Part shown: piece by piece, positions 37,248 through 51,224 of the stretch
Numbering within the stretch: position 1 is the first letter of the stretch
Layout of the letters: each line of letters begins with the position of its first letter
NCBI RefSeq assembly: GCF_018350175.1
Contig: NC_058383.1
Location: 26,352,001-26,416,000 of the forward strand
Source: Felis catus
Lineage: Eukaryota
Length of the DNA stretch: 64,000 nucleotides
Reading direction: 5' to 3'
Position numbers and translations under genes: made by a program
Notes under the pieces: model-generated
Seen by the model: the letters and a program-made list of their open reading frames with translations, nothing else
What the model was told of the DNA's origin: nothing
Database searches by the model: none

Positions 37248-38875
37248 TTTAATGTTCATTTTTGACAGAGAGACAGAGCATGAGCAGGGGAGGGGCAGAG
37301 AGAGAGGGGAGACCCAGAATCTGAAGCAGGCTCCAGGCTCTGAGCTGTCAGCACAGAGCCTGACGCGGGGCTTGAACTCACGGACTGTGAGATCATGACC
37401 TGAGCCGAAGTCGGATGCTTAACCGACTGAGCCACCCAGGAGCCCCAGTATCTTTCATGTTTCAAAAGAATTTCCAGTGGCCTGTGTCTGACCACCCTCC
37501 TCCCCACCTAGTGGGTTCACACTCTGAACGTGCTTGATTTCCGTGACAGCAGGGGCCCCAAAGTGCAGTGCACCCGATGACGGAGAGTAAGGAGAAATTA
37601 TCCAAACTTTATGTTTTGTTATCAATCTTAAAAAAAAAAATTGTTGGAGCGCCTAGGTGACTCAGTATGTTAACTGTCCGACTTCGGCTCAGGTCATGAT
37701 CTCACTGCTCTTGAGTTCGACGCCCACGTCAAGCTCTGTGCTGACAGCTAGGAGCCTGGAACCTGCTTTGGATTCTCACTCTCCAGCTCTCTCTCCCCCT
37801 CCCCTGCTCATGCTCTATCTCTGTATCTCTCTGTCTCTGTCTCTCTTTCAAAAATAAAAAAACTTTTTTTAAAATTCTCAATTTGGGGGCAGAGTATTCT
37901 GTAAGACCTGATATATTAGCACAGTAAGTAATCCACACACATCACTTATATAATAAATGTATGTCATTCCTAAATAAATACACGTGCATGTGCTGGGATG
38001 TGCACCAGCACCCGGTTATGAGGCAACTGGTAGATATGAGGCATGCTGTAGGCTGAAACTGAGCCTAAGCTGTGCTCGGAGCCTGAGTCAGGCTTTGGCA
38101 GGCCCCCCGTGCCCCCCCCCCCCGGCCCAGAGCCAGCAGGGCAACGCACGCTGCGTGGGCACAAGCTAAGTTAGAAGTTATGCCTCACAGGCACAGCCGC
38201 GGGTGTTCCAGAGAGAAAACCAGCGACTGGGATGGGTTTGACTCCCTCCTGTGAGTGCCAGCCACACAAAGTGTCAGAGTACCTGATGGAGCATCTCAGG
38301 AGTGGAAGCAGTGAGTGGGGAGTGGGGAGTATGCAGGGTCCCCTGCCAGGAAAGGGCTGGCACTGGCTCAGTGATAATCCTAGCAACATTTGCTATCATT
38401 TATTGAACATCTACTACTTGCCAGCATCTATGCTAAGTTTTAACGAACAAATTATTTCATTCAATCTTTGTGGGGTAGGTTCTGCTGGTGTCCCCTATTT
38501 TATTAAGGGGGAAGCTGAGGCCTCAGAAGGGCAAAGTGACTTGCCTGACAATACACAAAGTAGAGGAGTGAAAGACTCCAGTTTTTAGAGACATTAATTC
38601 CTAAATGCATGACATTCCCAGTGAAAACACCAGTGGATGTGAAAACATTTATTTTGGGGGCACCTGGGTGACTCAGTCGGTTAAGCGCCTGACTTAGGCT
38701 CAGGTGATGATCTCACAGTTCGTGAGTTCAAGCCCCGCGTTAGGCTCTGTGCTGACAGCTCAGAGCCTGGATGGAGGCTGCTTCAGATTCTGTGTCTCCC
38801 TCTCTTTCTGCCCCTTTGCCACTCACGCTCTGTCTCTATCACGAAAATAAATAAACATTACAAAAATTTTTTTAA
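37248..38875. mobile_element. Three Can-SINEs: 37248-37446 (-), 37646-37870 (+), 38656-38875 (+)
   Basis: Recognisable heads and tails. Unique and MIR-like sequence lies between them. Confidence 0.88.
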
Positions 38876-38949
38876 CATGTATTTTTTTTTTAGGAAATAA
38901 ATATTTATTAAATTCTTGGACCTATTTAGTGAACAAACATAATTGTTAG

Positions 38950-39355
38950 CCACTTTTTAAATTTGCATCCAAGTTAGTATAAAGTTCAATAATGATTTCA
39001 GGAGTAGAATCCAATAATTCATCCCCTACCTATAACACCCAGTGCCCATCCCAAGTGTCCTCCTTAATGCCCCTTGCCTATTTAGCCCATCCCTCTACCC
39101 ACAACCCCTCCAGCAGCCCTCAGTTTGTTCTCTGTAAGACTTTCTTACGTTTTGGCCCCCTCCTTGTTTTTATATTATTTTTGCTTCCCTTCCCTTATGT
39201 TCATCTGTTTTGTATCTTAAATTCCACATATGAGTGAAGTCATATGATACTTGTCTTTCTCTGACTAATTTCGCTTAACATAATACCTTTAGTTCCATCC
39301 ATGTTGTTGCAAATGGCAAGATTTCATTCTTTTTGATTGCTGAGTAATACTCTGT

Positions 39356-39403
<48 letters not shown>

Positions 39404-40063
39404 ACATCTTCTTTATCTATTCATCCATCAAGGGACATTTGGGCTCTTTCCATACTTTGGCTATTGTTGATAGTGCTGCTATAAACACAGGGGTGCATGT
39501 GTCCCTTCGAAACATCACACCTGTATCCCTTGGATAAATGCCTAGTAGTGCCATTGCTGGGTCGTAGGGCAGTTCTATTTTTAGTTTTTTGAGGAACCTC
39601 CATACTGTTTTCCAGAGTGGCTGCACCAGCTTGCATTCCCACCAACAATGCAAAAGAGATCCTCTTTCTCCGCATCCTCGCTGACATCTGTTGTTGCCTG
39701 AGTTGTTACTGTTAGCCCTTCTGACAGGTGTGAGGTGGTATCTCATTGTGGTTTTGATTTGTAATTTCCCTGATGATGAGCGATGTTGAGCATTTTGTCA
39801 TGTGTCTGTTAGCCATCTGGATGTCTTCTTTGGAGAAGTGTCTAGTCATGTCTTTTGCCCATTTCTTCACTGGAGTATTTATTTTCTGGTGTTGAGCTTG
39901 ATACGCTTTTTATAGATATTGGATACTAACCCTTTATCTGATATTTCATTTGTAAATATCGTCTCCCATTCTGTCGGTTGCCTTTTAGTTTTGCTGACTG
40001 TTTCCTTCGCTGTGCAGAAGCTTTTTATTTTGATGAGGTCCCAGTAGTTCATTTCTGCTTTTG
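38950..40063 (-). mobile_element. 5'-truncated carnivore/felid LINE-1 (ORF2 C-terminus plus 3'UTR)
   Basis: Minus-strand ORFs MRYHLTPVR...[33 protein letters not shown] and [15 protein letters not shown] are L1 ORF2p. Frames are disrupted. (TA)n at 39362-39400. Confidence 0.95.
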
Positions 40064-40262
40064 TAAAAAAATACTGAAGTCCGGGCAAACCACACACTAG
40101 AACTAGGCATGAATGATAACTTTTGCTTCTCTTTGTTGAGCACTTATTCTGTGTCAAGAACCTTCTACAGGCACCTCCTTTAACCCCTAAGAAACCCTGA
40201 AAGGTGGAGGGACGGGGAGGAGGTTAACTCACTTAGGTCTTCCTAGGCAAGCAGCTAGTTCT

Positions 40263-40463
40263 TTTTTTTTTTTTTTTTAATGTTTATTTAGTTTTGAGAG
40301 AATGACTGCAGGCAAGCAGGGGAGAGGTAAAGAGAGTGAGACAGAGGATCCAAAGTGGGTTCTCCACTGACAGTAACGAGCCCGAGCCTGGTGAAGGGCT
40401 CGAACTCGCGAGGCATGAGATCATGACCTGAGCGGAAGTCGGTTGCCCAGCCACCCAGGCCCC
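40263..40463 (-). mobile_element. Can-SINE
   Basis: TSD gcaagcagctagttct at 40247-40262 and 40464-40479. Confidence 0.9.
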
Positions 40464-40759
40464 GCAAGCAGCTAGTTCTAATGCCTGCAGGGCCGGGGTG
40501 GAGGGACAGCTGAGCCGAAGCAAGCCTCCTGCCCGCTGTGGACTTCCGACTTCCGACTTCCTTCGCACTGGGCTCAGACTTGCATTTTTATCTTCTGGTA
40601 TGTATGTATTTCCTCTACGGGATCCAAGATACTTTCTTTCCTGTGACAGGCCCAGATACAAACTCTGTTATTATCCCATCTTACAGAGGAGAAAACTGAG
40701 TCTCACAGAAGTGAGCACACGCCCAAGGCCATGCAGTGGCTCAGAAGCAGGGCTGCGGG

Positions 40760-41140
<381 letters not shown>

Positions 41141-41929
41141 TGAGGTTGTATCCGTGAGGCCTGGCTGCCTGGGCTGCAGGCCTGCCTGACCCACGGTGTG
41201 GCGGGAGCTGAGCTGGGCTCCCCCCCCCCCCCCCCCGACCGGGCCCCAGGGGCATTGTGCTAGGGTCACGCCCCAAAAGTCCTGATTTTAAATCCCAGTT
41301 TTGCAACTTAAAAACTGTGTGGCCTTGCCCAAGTTTCTCAACCTCTCTGAGCTCAGCTTCCTTTGGACAATGGGGGTGAGAGTGGCACCCTCTGGGGCTA
41401 CTCTGCAAGGGAAGTCGGATAAAGTGGGGGGAGTACTTCAGGCTTGGTGCCTGGCACCATAGGAAGATCTGAAAAGGCTGTTTCTGTTAGGGATTTGGCA
41501 CCTGGGCTCCCCACCCCCACCCTGGCTGTGGCAGCTGCCCCCAGGGAGCTTTCGGACCTGCTGCTGCGCCACCACCGTTGGGCAGGCTGAGGGGACACAG
41601 TTGTCCCTCTCGTGACCTCCCTGGAGGTCACTGCTCTGTGGCCCACTTCTGAGGGTTTTCTGTGTCCCTGGGAATTGGGACCTACCAGCCTCTGGCGTGT
41701 GGCGTTCCAGTCCCCAGCTTGAAAGTCTCAGGGCTTCAAATGAGCTCAGTTTCTCCTCTTGGCAATGCAGAGGCTGGGGGCTCGTTCTGAGAGACCCGTC
41801 CGGGTGGGAAGATTCCTGAATCCTGCAGCCTGCTCAGGGCTGAGGATCTTGCCTGTCACCTCTGCCGCGAAGGTTATTTCCAAACGTTGTTTAAAATATA
41901 TGAAAATAATAATAATTATTATTATTAAT

Positions 41930-42662
41930 GGGGTGCCTGGGTGGCTCAGTCAGTTAAGTGTCCGACTTCGGCTCAGGTCATGATCTTGCTTTTTGTGAGT
42001 TCGAGCTCCGTGTCGGGCTCTATGCTGACAGCTTGGAGCCTGCTTTGGATTCTCTGTCTCCCTCTCTGCCCCTCCCCCGCTTGCGCTCTGTTTCTCTCTC
42101 AATAAATAAATTAATTAATTAATTAAATAATACCTATAACCAATTAAGATTTACACAGCCCTTACTATATGCCGGGCATTGTTTTAAGCACTTTTTTGTG
42201 TGTATAGATTTATTTAACCTTCACAATAACTTTATGGCAGAGATACCGTTTTGATCCCCATTAAAGTATGACTAATAATGAACCACTTGTAAGACTCCCA
42301 TAAGACCACATTATTGGGCTGTTACAGTGTTGGGACCAACTTAAACAGTGGGGTGATAGGGTTACCAGAGAAAATGCCTGGTGCCCGTGTAAATTTGTAT
42401 TTCAGGTAAGCAGTCATCTTTCAGCATAAACATGTCTCAAATATTACGTGGGACAGGGGCCTGGAATGCTCAATCAGTTGAGTGACTCTTGATCTTGGCT
42501 CAAATCATGATCTCACAGTCTGTGAGTTCGAACCCTGCTTCAGGCTCTCTGCTGTCAGCGCAGAGCCGGCTTCGGATCCTCTGTGCAATTCTCTCTCTAC
42601 CCCTCCCCTGATCATGCTCTCTCTCTCTCTCAAAAATAAATAAAAACATTTTTTAAAAAAAT
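41930..42662 (+). mobile_element. Two Can-SINEs (41930-42130 and 42456-42662)
   Basis: Heads, CT linkers and tails. Confidence 0.88.
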
Positions 42663-42809
42663 TATGTGGGAGGTAGGCTTAAAATTAGTTGTTTATCTGA
42701 AATTCAGATTTACCTGGGCCTCCTTCTTAATCTGGCCACCCTGATGGTGGGAGATGAGTTCATTCAGGCAAGTGTCGGGCTCCAGTTCTGTCATAAAATC
42801 TCTGAGCAT

Positions 42810-43447
42810 CTGTCTCAGTCAGCTCTGGCTGCCATCACAAAGTACGATGGACTGGGTGGCTTCGACAACAGGCATCTGTTTCTCAAAGTTCCTAGGCTGG
42901 GAGGTCAAGGTGCTGCCTGATTCAGTTCCCTGGTGAGGGCCCTCTTCCCGGTTTGCAGATGACCACCCTCTTGTTATGTCTTCCCATGGCAGAGAGAGAA
43001 AGAGCATGTGTACACTCTGGTCCCTCTTCCTCTTCTTTTTTATTTTTATTTATTTATTTGTATTAATTTGTTTAATGTTTATTTATTTTTGAGACAGAGA
43101 CAGAGTGCAAGCGGGGGAGGGGCAGAGAGAGAGGGAGACACAGAATCAGAAGCAGGCTCCAGGCTCCAAGCTGTCAGCACAGAGCCCGATGCGGGGTTCG
43201 AACTCACAAGCGGGAAGATCATGACCATGAGGTGAAGTCGGATGCTCAACCGACTGAGCCTCCCACGCACCCCTCTCTTCCCTTTCTTATAAGGACACTA
43301 GTCCCATCATGGGGGTCCCACCCTCCTGACTTCATTGAACCCTCATTACCCGCCTCAAAGACCCCACTTAACCATTATATTGGGGGTTAAGGCTCCAACA
43401 TATGAATGGGGGAGGAACAGGGGGACACAAACATTCAGTCCATAATA
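42810..43447. mobile_element. MLT1A/B-like LTR interrupted by a Can-SINE (43035-43273, -)
   Basis: tgtctcagtcagctctggctgccatcacaaagtac...caacatatgaatggggg...cacaaacattcagtccataa. Related LTRs at about 45338-45672, 54017-54400 and 55843-56405 (opposite orientation, with SINE 55984-56183). Confidence 0.8.
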
Positions 43448-43629
43448 ATGTCTTTCATCCTTGCTCTTATGGCTCAGTTTGTGCATCCATGCAATGGGCA
43501 AGCAGGAGAGAGATGGACAAAATATCCTTGAAGTCTGCCTTGTATATTCCAGTCTTTCCTTTGTATCCAGTGTGTGGAAAGGGCCTGAGGCTGAGTTTGC
43601 AAGTGGAAACAACTGGGGAGTCTCCTCTC

Positions 43630-43673
<44 letters not shown>

Positions 43674-46600
43674 CTTATGCTCCTGGCATCTCTGAGCGTC
43701 AGGTTTCCTCCTCTAGAAAGTGGGGAGAATTAGCAGTGCCTACCAAACATTGGGGGATCTTCAGTGAGGTCATGACGTGAAGTGCTTAACACACGGTAAG
43801 TGCTTAAAAACTGAGTTCTTACCGCTAGTACTTCTGTTACTGCAGTTGTTGACGAGATGATAGAAATGGCCAGAGACGGTTTTCTGCTGTGACAAAAACC
43901 TCCATTGGAGAAAGGAACTTCCAGACATCTCTCCCCCAGCTCACCCCCCCGCTCAGCTGAGAGGGGCACTGAGATCACTTCAAACCCCGGCAACCTTGGA
44001 AAGCTCAGAACTGAAGTTGGCAGGAAGGGTTGGGGAATCCATGGAGCCCAACCCTTCGATATTACAGGTGTGGAAGTCGAGGCCTACAGAGGCCAGTGAC
44101 CCTGCCACGGTCATCATCCGTCCAAGTGGTAGTTCTCCTTCTCTCCAGGTTCCCAGCCCAGCAGAAAGTCTAGTTGGGGCCTGGGCAGACAGATCTTCTA
44201 GAGGAAAGTGACTTCGAGTCAGAAGAGAACGTGTGCGTGCAGGTGTGTGTGTATGAGTGTGCATGTTGATGTGTGACTAGGGAGGGCTCATCTTAGGGTG
44301 TCAGGGGGCCCCTGCAGACCATGAAGCTGAGGGCACAGTCAAAGCCCTCCTTATTGAAAATGGGCCTAGTTTATCCTCCCCTGGATACTCCCAACTTTTC
44401 CTTGCAGAAAAGAGCATTGGTCATATTATTACTGATCCCAGGGCTCCTAACCTTCCATGCACGTGAAGATATATGCACACAGTGCATCGGAGCCACACCT
44501 CTAGATTTGCTTGAGATCACTTTAGACACTTCTGGAAGGCTTGGGAGGCTTTAGCCAGACTACAGCCTTTCTGTAAAACCTTTTCTCCGAACCTGGCTTT
44601 GATCACATTGTTTAAGTGGATTAATGAGTGTAAAGTGCTTAGAAGGGGGCCTGGCACCTAGGAAAAGCTACATAAATATTTGCCATTATGATTCTTCAAC
44701 CGTTACCAACAAGTTTCATTTCCTGGCTCCTGAGGCCAAGTACTCTTCACAGCAAAGGACATTCCAGCAAAGCGTTTGAAGTCTGAAGCTCACTGGCTGC
44801 TTCCGCAGGCCCCTGGGGGTGGGCAAGGGGGAATCGGGCTTCTCTTTCCTCCAGGAAGCTGGCACTGTACTCCCAGCTCCAGGCAGGTTTCGGGGCCCAA
44901 GCTGTCTCTGTAGTAGTAATATCTAATGCTTACTCGGATGCCAACCATGAGCCAGGCCATGGCTTCCCTGTGAAGTAGGCATTATCGTCATGTCCATTTT
45001 TAGATGAGAAAACAGAGGCACAAAGCACTGAGTGTCCAGCTGGGGCCGTTGGACTCCAGAGTCCACGCTGGAGCATGGAGGTCTGAGCAACTAGATGTCC
45101 CTACTTCCTTGAAGACATCTCAGAGCCTGGATCATAGAGTCAGATCCCAGAGTGCCGCATGGACGCTCTGGCCCGTTCCCACCCCTCCTCCACGGTCACG
45201 GAGCCCTCTGCATATTTCTGAAGTGCATCTCATTGCCATGTGTGTGTTCCTCTCTCCATACTGAGCGACTTGAGGTCACAGACCTCAAAGCCCAGTAGGC
45301 ACCCAGGAAACATTGAATTATTTGCTTAATTAACTTTTGGTCTTAGCTCAGGCTGCTGTAACCTATGGTGAAAACACCATACACTGGGAGGCTGAAATAA
45401 TAGGAATTTATTTCTCCCAGTTTGGGAGCCTGGGAAGTTCAAAATCAAGATCTTGAGCAATTTGGTTCCTGGCAAGTACTCTCTTCCAGATGCTGTCTCC
45501 CCTCACAGTGGAGAGAAGGGGGTGAGGGTCGGGGGCTCTGTTCTCTCTTTCTCTTCCTATAAGGGCACTTATCATAGGTTTCCCCCCCCCCCCATGAACT
45601 TATCTAACCCTAATCACCTCCCAAGTGCCCCATGTCCAAAGACATTGAAGAGTTAGGGCTTCAGCATATGAACTGTTAAATTTGGTGTTTGATATATTTG
45701 TCTTACAAATGAGAAAACCAAGACCAGGAAAAAAAAAAGAGGTTTTCTGGAGGCACTTAGTGTTTAGGGATGTCTGAGTCCATCCTGATACCACCACCAT
45801 TTGCTAGCTGTAGGGGCAAGTGACTTCAGCTCTCTGAGCCTCAGTTTGCTCAGCTGTAAAACGGGCATGATACCGATACCCCTCCTAGCCTGATCTGAGC
45901 AGTTATACACTCACCACCCAATGAATGGCTGCTGTTATTAACAATATAAGACATTTCCCAGTGCTCTTTCCTCTCTATCTTGTGGCCACGAGAGTGGCCC
46001 AGAGAAGGGAGAGCAAAACTCGGGCATGAGAAGCCCAGGACCACCAGTGCGGATCCAGGACTCACTAGTGGAGGAGGACGGCCTGACAGCGGGCTGTGTG
46101 GACCAGGGAGGCAGCGGGAAGTGAGGCAGCCCTCCCAGAGGCCACCTTCCCGGTCTCCTGGGACATCTGGGGCCCAGGAGTGGGGGTGGGGCTGGGGGTT
46201 GGGACGCGGTCCCCAGAGCCTCCCTCACCACCCCTCCTGGCTGGCTCCCAAGGCGGATCTGGGCGGGAGGCAGCGTGGTAGTGCACTGTGGGCGGCTGGA
46301 TTGGAGCCAGGGGAGCGAGCAGCCAGATTGAGTGGGAAGGTGACAATTTCTTCTTTTAAAAAGAGAGAGAGAGAGAGAAAAAAAAATGAGGCCTGAACTC
46401 CACTGGTGTGTTCTTTTTTCTTCACAAGCTCAGAGCTCCCAAAGACTTTGACTCCCACCCCAGCTGGGAGACCTTGGTGGCCTTTAGTGCTGCTAATTGA
46501 AGGAAAAGACCACTGGCTCCCGGTTTCCAGAGCAACGAGCCCTTTTGTGCATCCCCTCCCCTTCCTTCCCCTCCACCCTCCCTCTGTCACCTCTGGCCTC

Positions 46601-47059
46601 ATCTCTTACCTTCTCACCCTCTCTGATTCCCAGCTTGGCTGAACCATTTGCAGTTCTCCAAATGTTCCATATTCTCTCATACCCCCAGGCCTTTGCACCT
46701 GCTGTGTCCTCACTGGAAATGTGTTCCCTGACTCTTATCTTTGAGGTCTCAGTTGAGACATCATCCCCTCCCAGAAGCTTCCCAGATCTCCAAATCCTAG
46801 GTGCCACTTTTAGGTGCTCCTGTGGCAACACCCTGAAGTTTCCCCATCTGGGAAGGGGGCTCTGGTGTCCTGTCCTAATCAACCCATGAGCTCCTTGAGG
46901 AGACAGTTGGAGCGGCCACCAGTTCAACTAGGGAGACAAAGCGAGTAAACAAATAACCAGCCTCCAAAAATAATTTGGGGGTGCTCCCTCAAGTTTTTGC
47001 CAACATGACCCACATCCGCAAATGACATAATAATTTATTTCTGTGCTTATTTTTCTTAA

Positions 47060-47263
47060 AAAGTTTTTAACATTTTACTTCTTTTTGAGAGACAGAGACT
47101 GAGTGCAAGCAGGGGAGGGGCAGAGAGAGAGGCAGACACAGAATCGGAAGCAGGCTCCAGGCTCTGAGCTGTCAGCCCAGAGCCAGACGCGGGGAGACCA
47201 CGAACCATGAGACCATGATCTGAGCCAAAGTTGGATGCTTAACTGAGCCACCCAGACGCCCCC
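47060..47263 (-). mobile_element. Can-SINE
   Basis: Head at about 47263. Flank repeat cttatttttctt. Confidence 0.9.
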
Positions 47264-49309
47264 ATTCTTATTTTTCTTTATGTCAATCTTGTAAAACCCA
47301 AGCGATCAGAAGCCCCCTCTGTGTAGCTGGCCACAGTATCTCCAGCTAACTGCCTGAGCCCAAGTGGGTGCTCAAATAGAATTTGTTGAATGAAAAAGGA
47401 AATGAATGAATGTCCAGACCATCAAGACTGAGTCAAAAGGAAATGGGCTTAAATCCGACAGGAATCTCTAAATTAGATCTGGAGCCATACAGCCTGGCTT
47501 TAAAAACCACCTCCGCCACTCAGCTGCTGTGTGATATTGGGCATGTTACTCAACCTCTCTGTCCTTGGTTCCTTCCTCTGTAAAACGTGAGTGATTGTGG
47601 TATCTACCTTGTAGGATGTGTGAAGACTAACTGAGCTGATATGTACAAAGAGCCTGACACCATGCCTGGTTCAGGTGACAGCCAGTGGGGTTGGTCCTGT
47701 TTGTTACCATCATTACCTGCCATCATTACCTGACTCATCAAGCTGTAAACCTGTAGAAATCCCTTCGTGAGAGAGACACAGATTAGCGAAGGCTACTTTG
47801 GGGTTCAGGCTGATAAAAGGCCTCTAAGATCCTTCTAGTCTCAGTTTCTAGAAATCCCAGAGGGAAGGGGGGTGTGGGATACCAGGCAGGGTGGAGTTCA
47901 TTATCCCATGTGCAAACACGTGGCTTTTTGCCTCCCAGATCCTTCCAATTAAAGGCCTTTGCCTGCCCAGGTGGAAAAGGGAATAATTGAGCAGTGACCT
48001 GTCACAGCCCCATTTTCTGGTATGTTTCACCCCAGGCATCCATAACCACCATTTGTTCAGTAGACAGAATCAAAGGAACCAGGAGGGTGAAGGAGGGAGC
48101 TTGTTTTCCACAGAGACCTGCTTTAGAAATATCCACCAGGCTTTAGGACCCAGGAGAAGCCTTTGGACCTTGGGGAGAGGGGAGTAGGAACCCTGGCCGC
48201 CTCCTTTCCCCTTCCAGCCCCTTTCATTTAATTATTAAAGTCTCTCTGCATCTTCAAAGGTAGTGCCACAAAGTTCCTACAAAGAGCTCAGCAACATCCA
48301 CTGTTTCAAGAGGTGGAACAAAGCAGGACTGACCGTGTGGCTGTCTGGGGCCGGGGGAGGAAGGGCAGTTCTGGTCAATGAGAAAGCCCAGTGGCTCTGG
48401 TCAGTGATGGGAGACATGGAACCTGTCTGCTTAGCGTAGCTCTCTGGATTAAGACATCTGACTCTTTCCCCCAGATAAATGCACACGCACACGTACACAC
48501 TCTTGATTTTGCACTTCATTTCAGGGGACACAATGGATCCCTGAAACCCCATCAACCCCGGCTATGAAACCCTGAGCTAATCATTAATAATCATACTATT
48601 ACAGAGCAATCCATGGACGCCAAGCATTTGGCGAACTTCTATGAAGTAAGGTGCTGAAAGACAGTGAACCATTCTCAGCCCTGTTGATGTCCCATGATGA
48701 GGCATCATGTGGACTTTCAGATCAAAGACTCTGGTGTCAGGAGGTTCGGTTCAAATCCCTACCTGCCACTTGCGAGCAGGATGACCTTGGGCAAGTCACT
48801 TAACCTGTCCAAGCCTCAGTTTCCCTGTAGGTGTGTGACACATTACAAATGCTTCATAAATGTTGTCCACTACTTTATTATTCAAGAGCTCAGCCAGCTG
48901 TTACAGTGGCTTGAAAGGCAAAGATCCCACACCCTTGGGGGGCCACAAAAGGGGCCCCAGAGATCAACCAGTTTGACAGCTGAATGTGCCATTGTCACCT
49001 GGCATGTTAGGCACAGAGCTGGCGGCTGGGACCCGGACCTCCAGAGTCCCAGTCCAACAGATGTTAGCCCTGCCCCCCACCATAGGTGAGCTACCTAACA
49101 TAGCTCAAGGCAGGTTCTCAGTGTGCCTTCTTCCTCGCAACCAGTCATCTTGAGTTGTGGTTTCCAAAAAAAAGATATCTCCTAAGAGGCCTTCAAGGGG
49201 GTCGAGGCTTGGAGGAACTTCCATCTGTGCTTTTTCAGAATTAAGGATGCTTCCTGAACCCCAGTAGTTCGATGGGCTACAGATATAAATAGTCTTGGCT
49301 ATAGTTTGT

Positions 49310-49915
49310 CAGTAAACACGTGGAGAAATGTCTGCCCTCACCACAGAGCCCAGAGTTGCACATTGAAACAAGGCACCTTTTTTTTGCTTATAAAATTTGC
49401 AAAGATTGCCATTAAAGTGACAACACCCGGCACTGGCGAGGGCACTGTGAGATGGGCACTCTCAGACATTACTGTGGGAGGATAAATTGCTTTCAGGAGG
49501 CAATTTAGCAAGTTGTATCAAAGCCTTAAAAAATCTCTCCTTGGAAAATCTTCAGAAATGCTGAAAAAAGCTTGATGTACGAGGCTGTTCATCTCAGCAT
49601 TATGTGTATTTGTTTTTAAAAAAAGGGAACCAGTCTAATTATCCACAAATAGGGGAATGATTAAATAAACTCTAGGGGGACCACTCCGTGGAGTATTCAA
49701 GAGCTATTTAAAACAATGCTTATGAAAATTTATAATAACAGGAGGGGAATATATTCTAATTTTTGGAACTCTGAATATTGACAGGTATGTATAGTACAAT
49801 ATAATAATTGAATTTTTACAAATCTCTGCGTTCAAGCATGATACGAAGAAAAACACACCAAAGCAGTAACATTTTTCAAGTGTTCTACAATGAGCATATA
49901 TTACTTTTGTCATTT
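49310..49915 (+). mobile_element. Highly degraded L1ME-like fragment
   Basis: tgagatgggcactctca...gtgggag; gcaatttagcaa..tgtatcaaa; aaataggggaatgattaaataaact. Confidence 0.6.
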
Positions 49916-50016
49916 GGTAAATTTTAGGTACGCATATATTTTTTGGACCTCAAGCACAGAATGTTACAAATCACAATGGGACATGTTTTACTTTCACTCT
50001 TGAAAAGGTGTCATAA

Positions 50017-50244
<228 letters not shown>

Positions 50245-50388
50245 TGAGTGGACATCCGTCCCCCATAGCCCAACCAAGCACCCCCTTTGGAACGGAGAGT
50301 GAAAACTGGCATTTCTCACTGGTGTTTCTCTTTGGTAATTCAAGCTAACTTTGATCTAGCCCAATTTCTCATTGAAACGGATCCGGCC

Positions 50389-50612
50389 GGGGGACTCGGT
50401 CGGTTAGGCGTCCAACTTCGGCTCAGGTCATGATCTCGTAGTTCATGGGTTCAAGCCCTGCGTTGGGCTCAGTGCTGACGGCTCAGAGCCTGGGGCCTGC
50501 CTCAGATTCTGTCTCCCTCTCTCTCTGCCCCTCCTCCACTCCTGCTTTGTCTCTCTCTCTCTCCCTCTCTCTCAAAATTAAATAAACATTAAAAAAAGAA
50601 GAAGAAAGAAAC
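50389..50612 (+). mobile_element. Can-SINE with an aberrant 5' end
   Basis: Body and tail are typical. The head reads ggggactcggtcgg and lacks cgcctgggtg. Confidence 0.88.
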
Positions 50613-51224
50613 AAACCAATCCAGCCCAATTTCTCATTGAAACAGTTGAAGGCGAAGCGTGTAGCATGGGAAGCTAAGAGCTGCTACAGGATCCACCTTC
50701 ACATGTGCTGATTTTGTGCTGTGCCCCGCATGACAACATGGGGCTTGACCCTGCGATACGATGTGCACAATATATATACCAAGAATATAATACGAGGAAT
50801 AATAAGTGACGTCTATTTGCTGAGTGTATACAGCATCATTTTGAAGCTCTCTCAAACCATATTGGGTAGGTATCTTCCTTTGCACAGACACGGAACCCGA
50901 TCCTCCAAGAAGGTAACTTGCTCAAAGTTACATAGCTTTAAAGTGGTGGAGCTGGGATTTGAACCTGAACAGTCGAATAACCACCCACCAAGGCCACCTT
51001 CAGCATTCCTCTGTGTCTCCTAAGCCCCAGCCACATTGACCGTCTCAAAGTTTTACGGTCTGGTGCAACCGTTTTACTCCTCCAGATCTTTGCACATTCT
51101 GTTCCCTCTGCTAGGAATTCCCATCCGCTTCTCCTCCGTCTCTTCACTGAAGTCACCCTAACTCCGTGGCACCGTAATTGCACTCATTGCCCACCTTTCC
51201 TGGAGCCCATTTTTCATCACCTTT

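Noticed and set aside
39417..40157. ORFs resembling a reverse-transcriptase protein C-terminus
   Set aside because: These are fragments of a 5'-truncated, frame-disrupted L1 ORF2. They are neither a host gene nor an active element.
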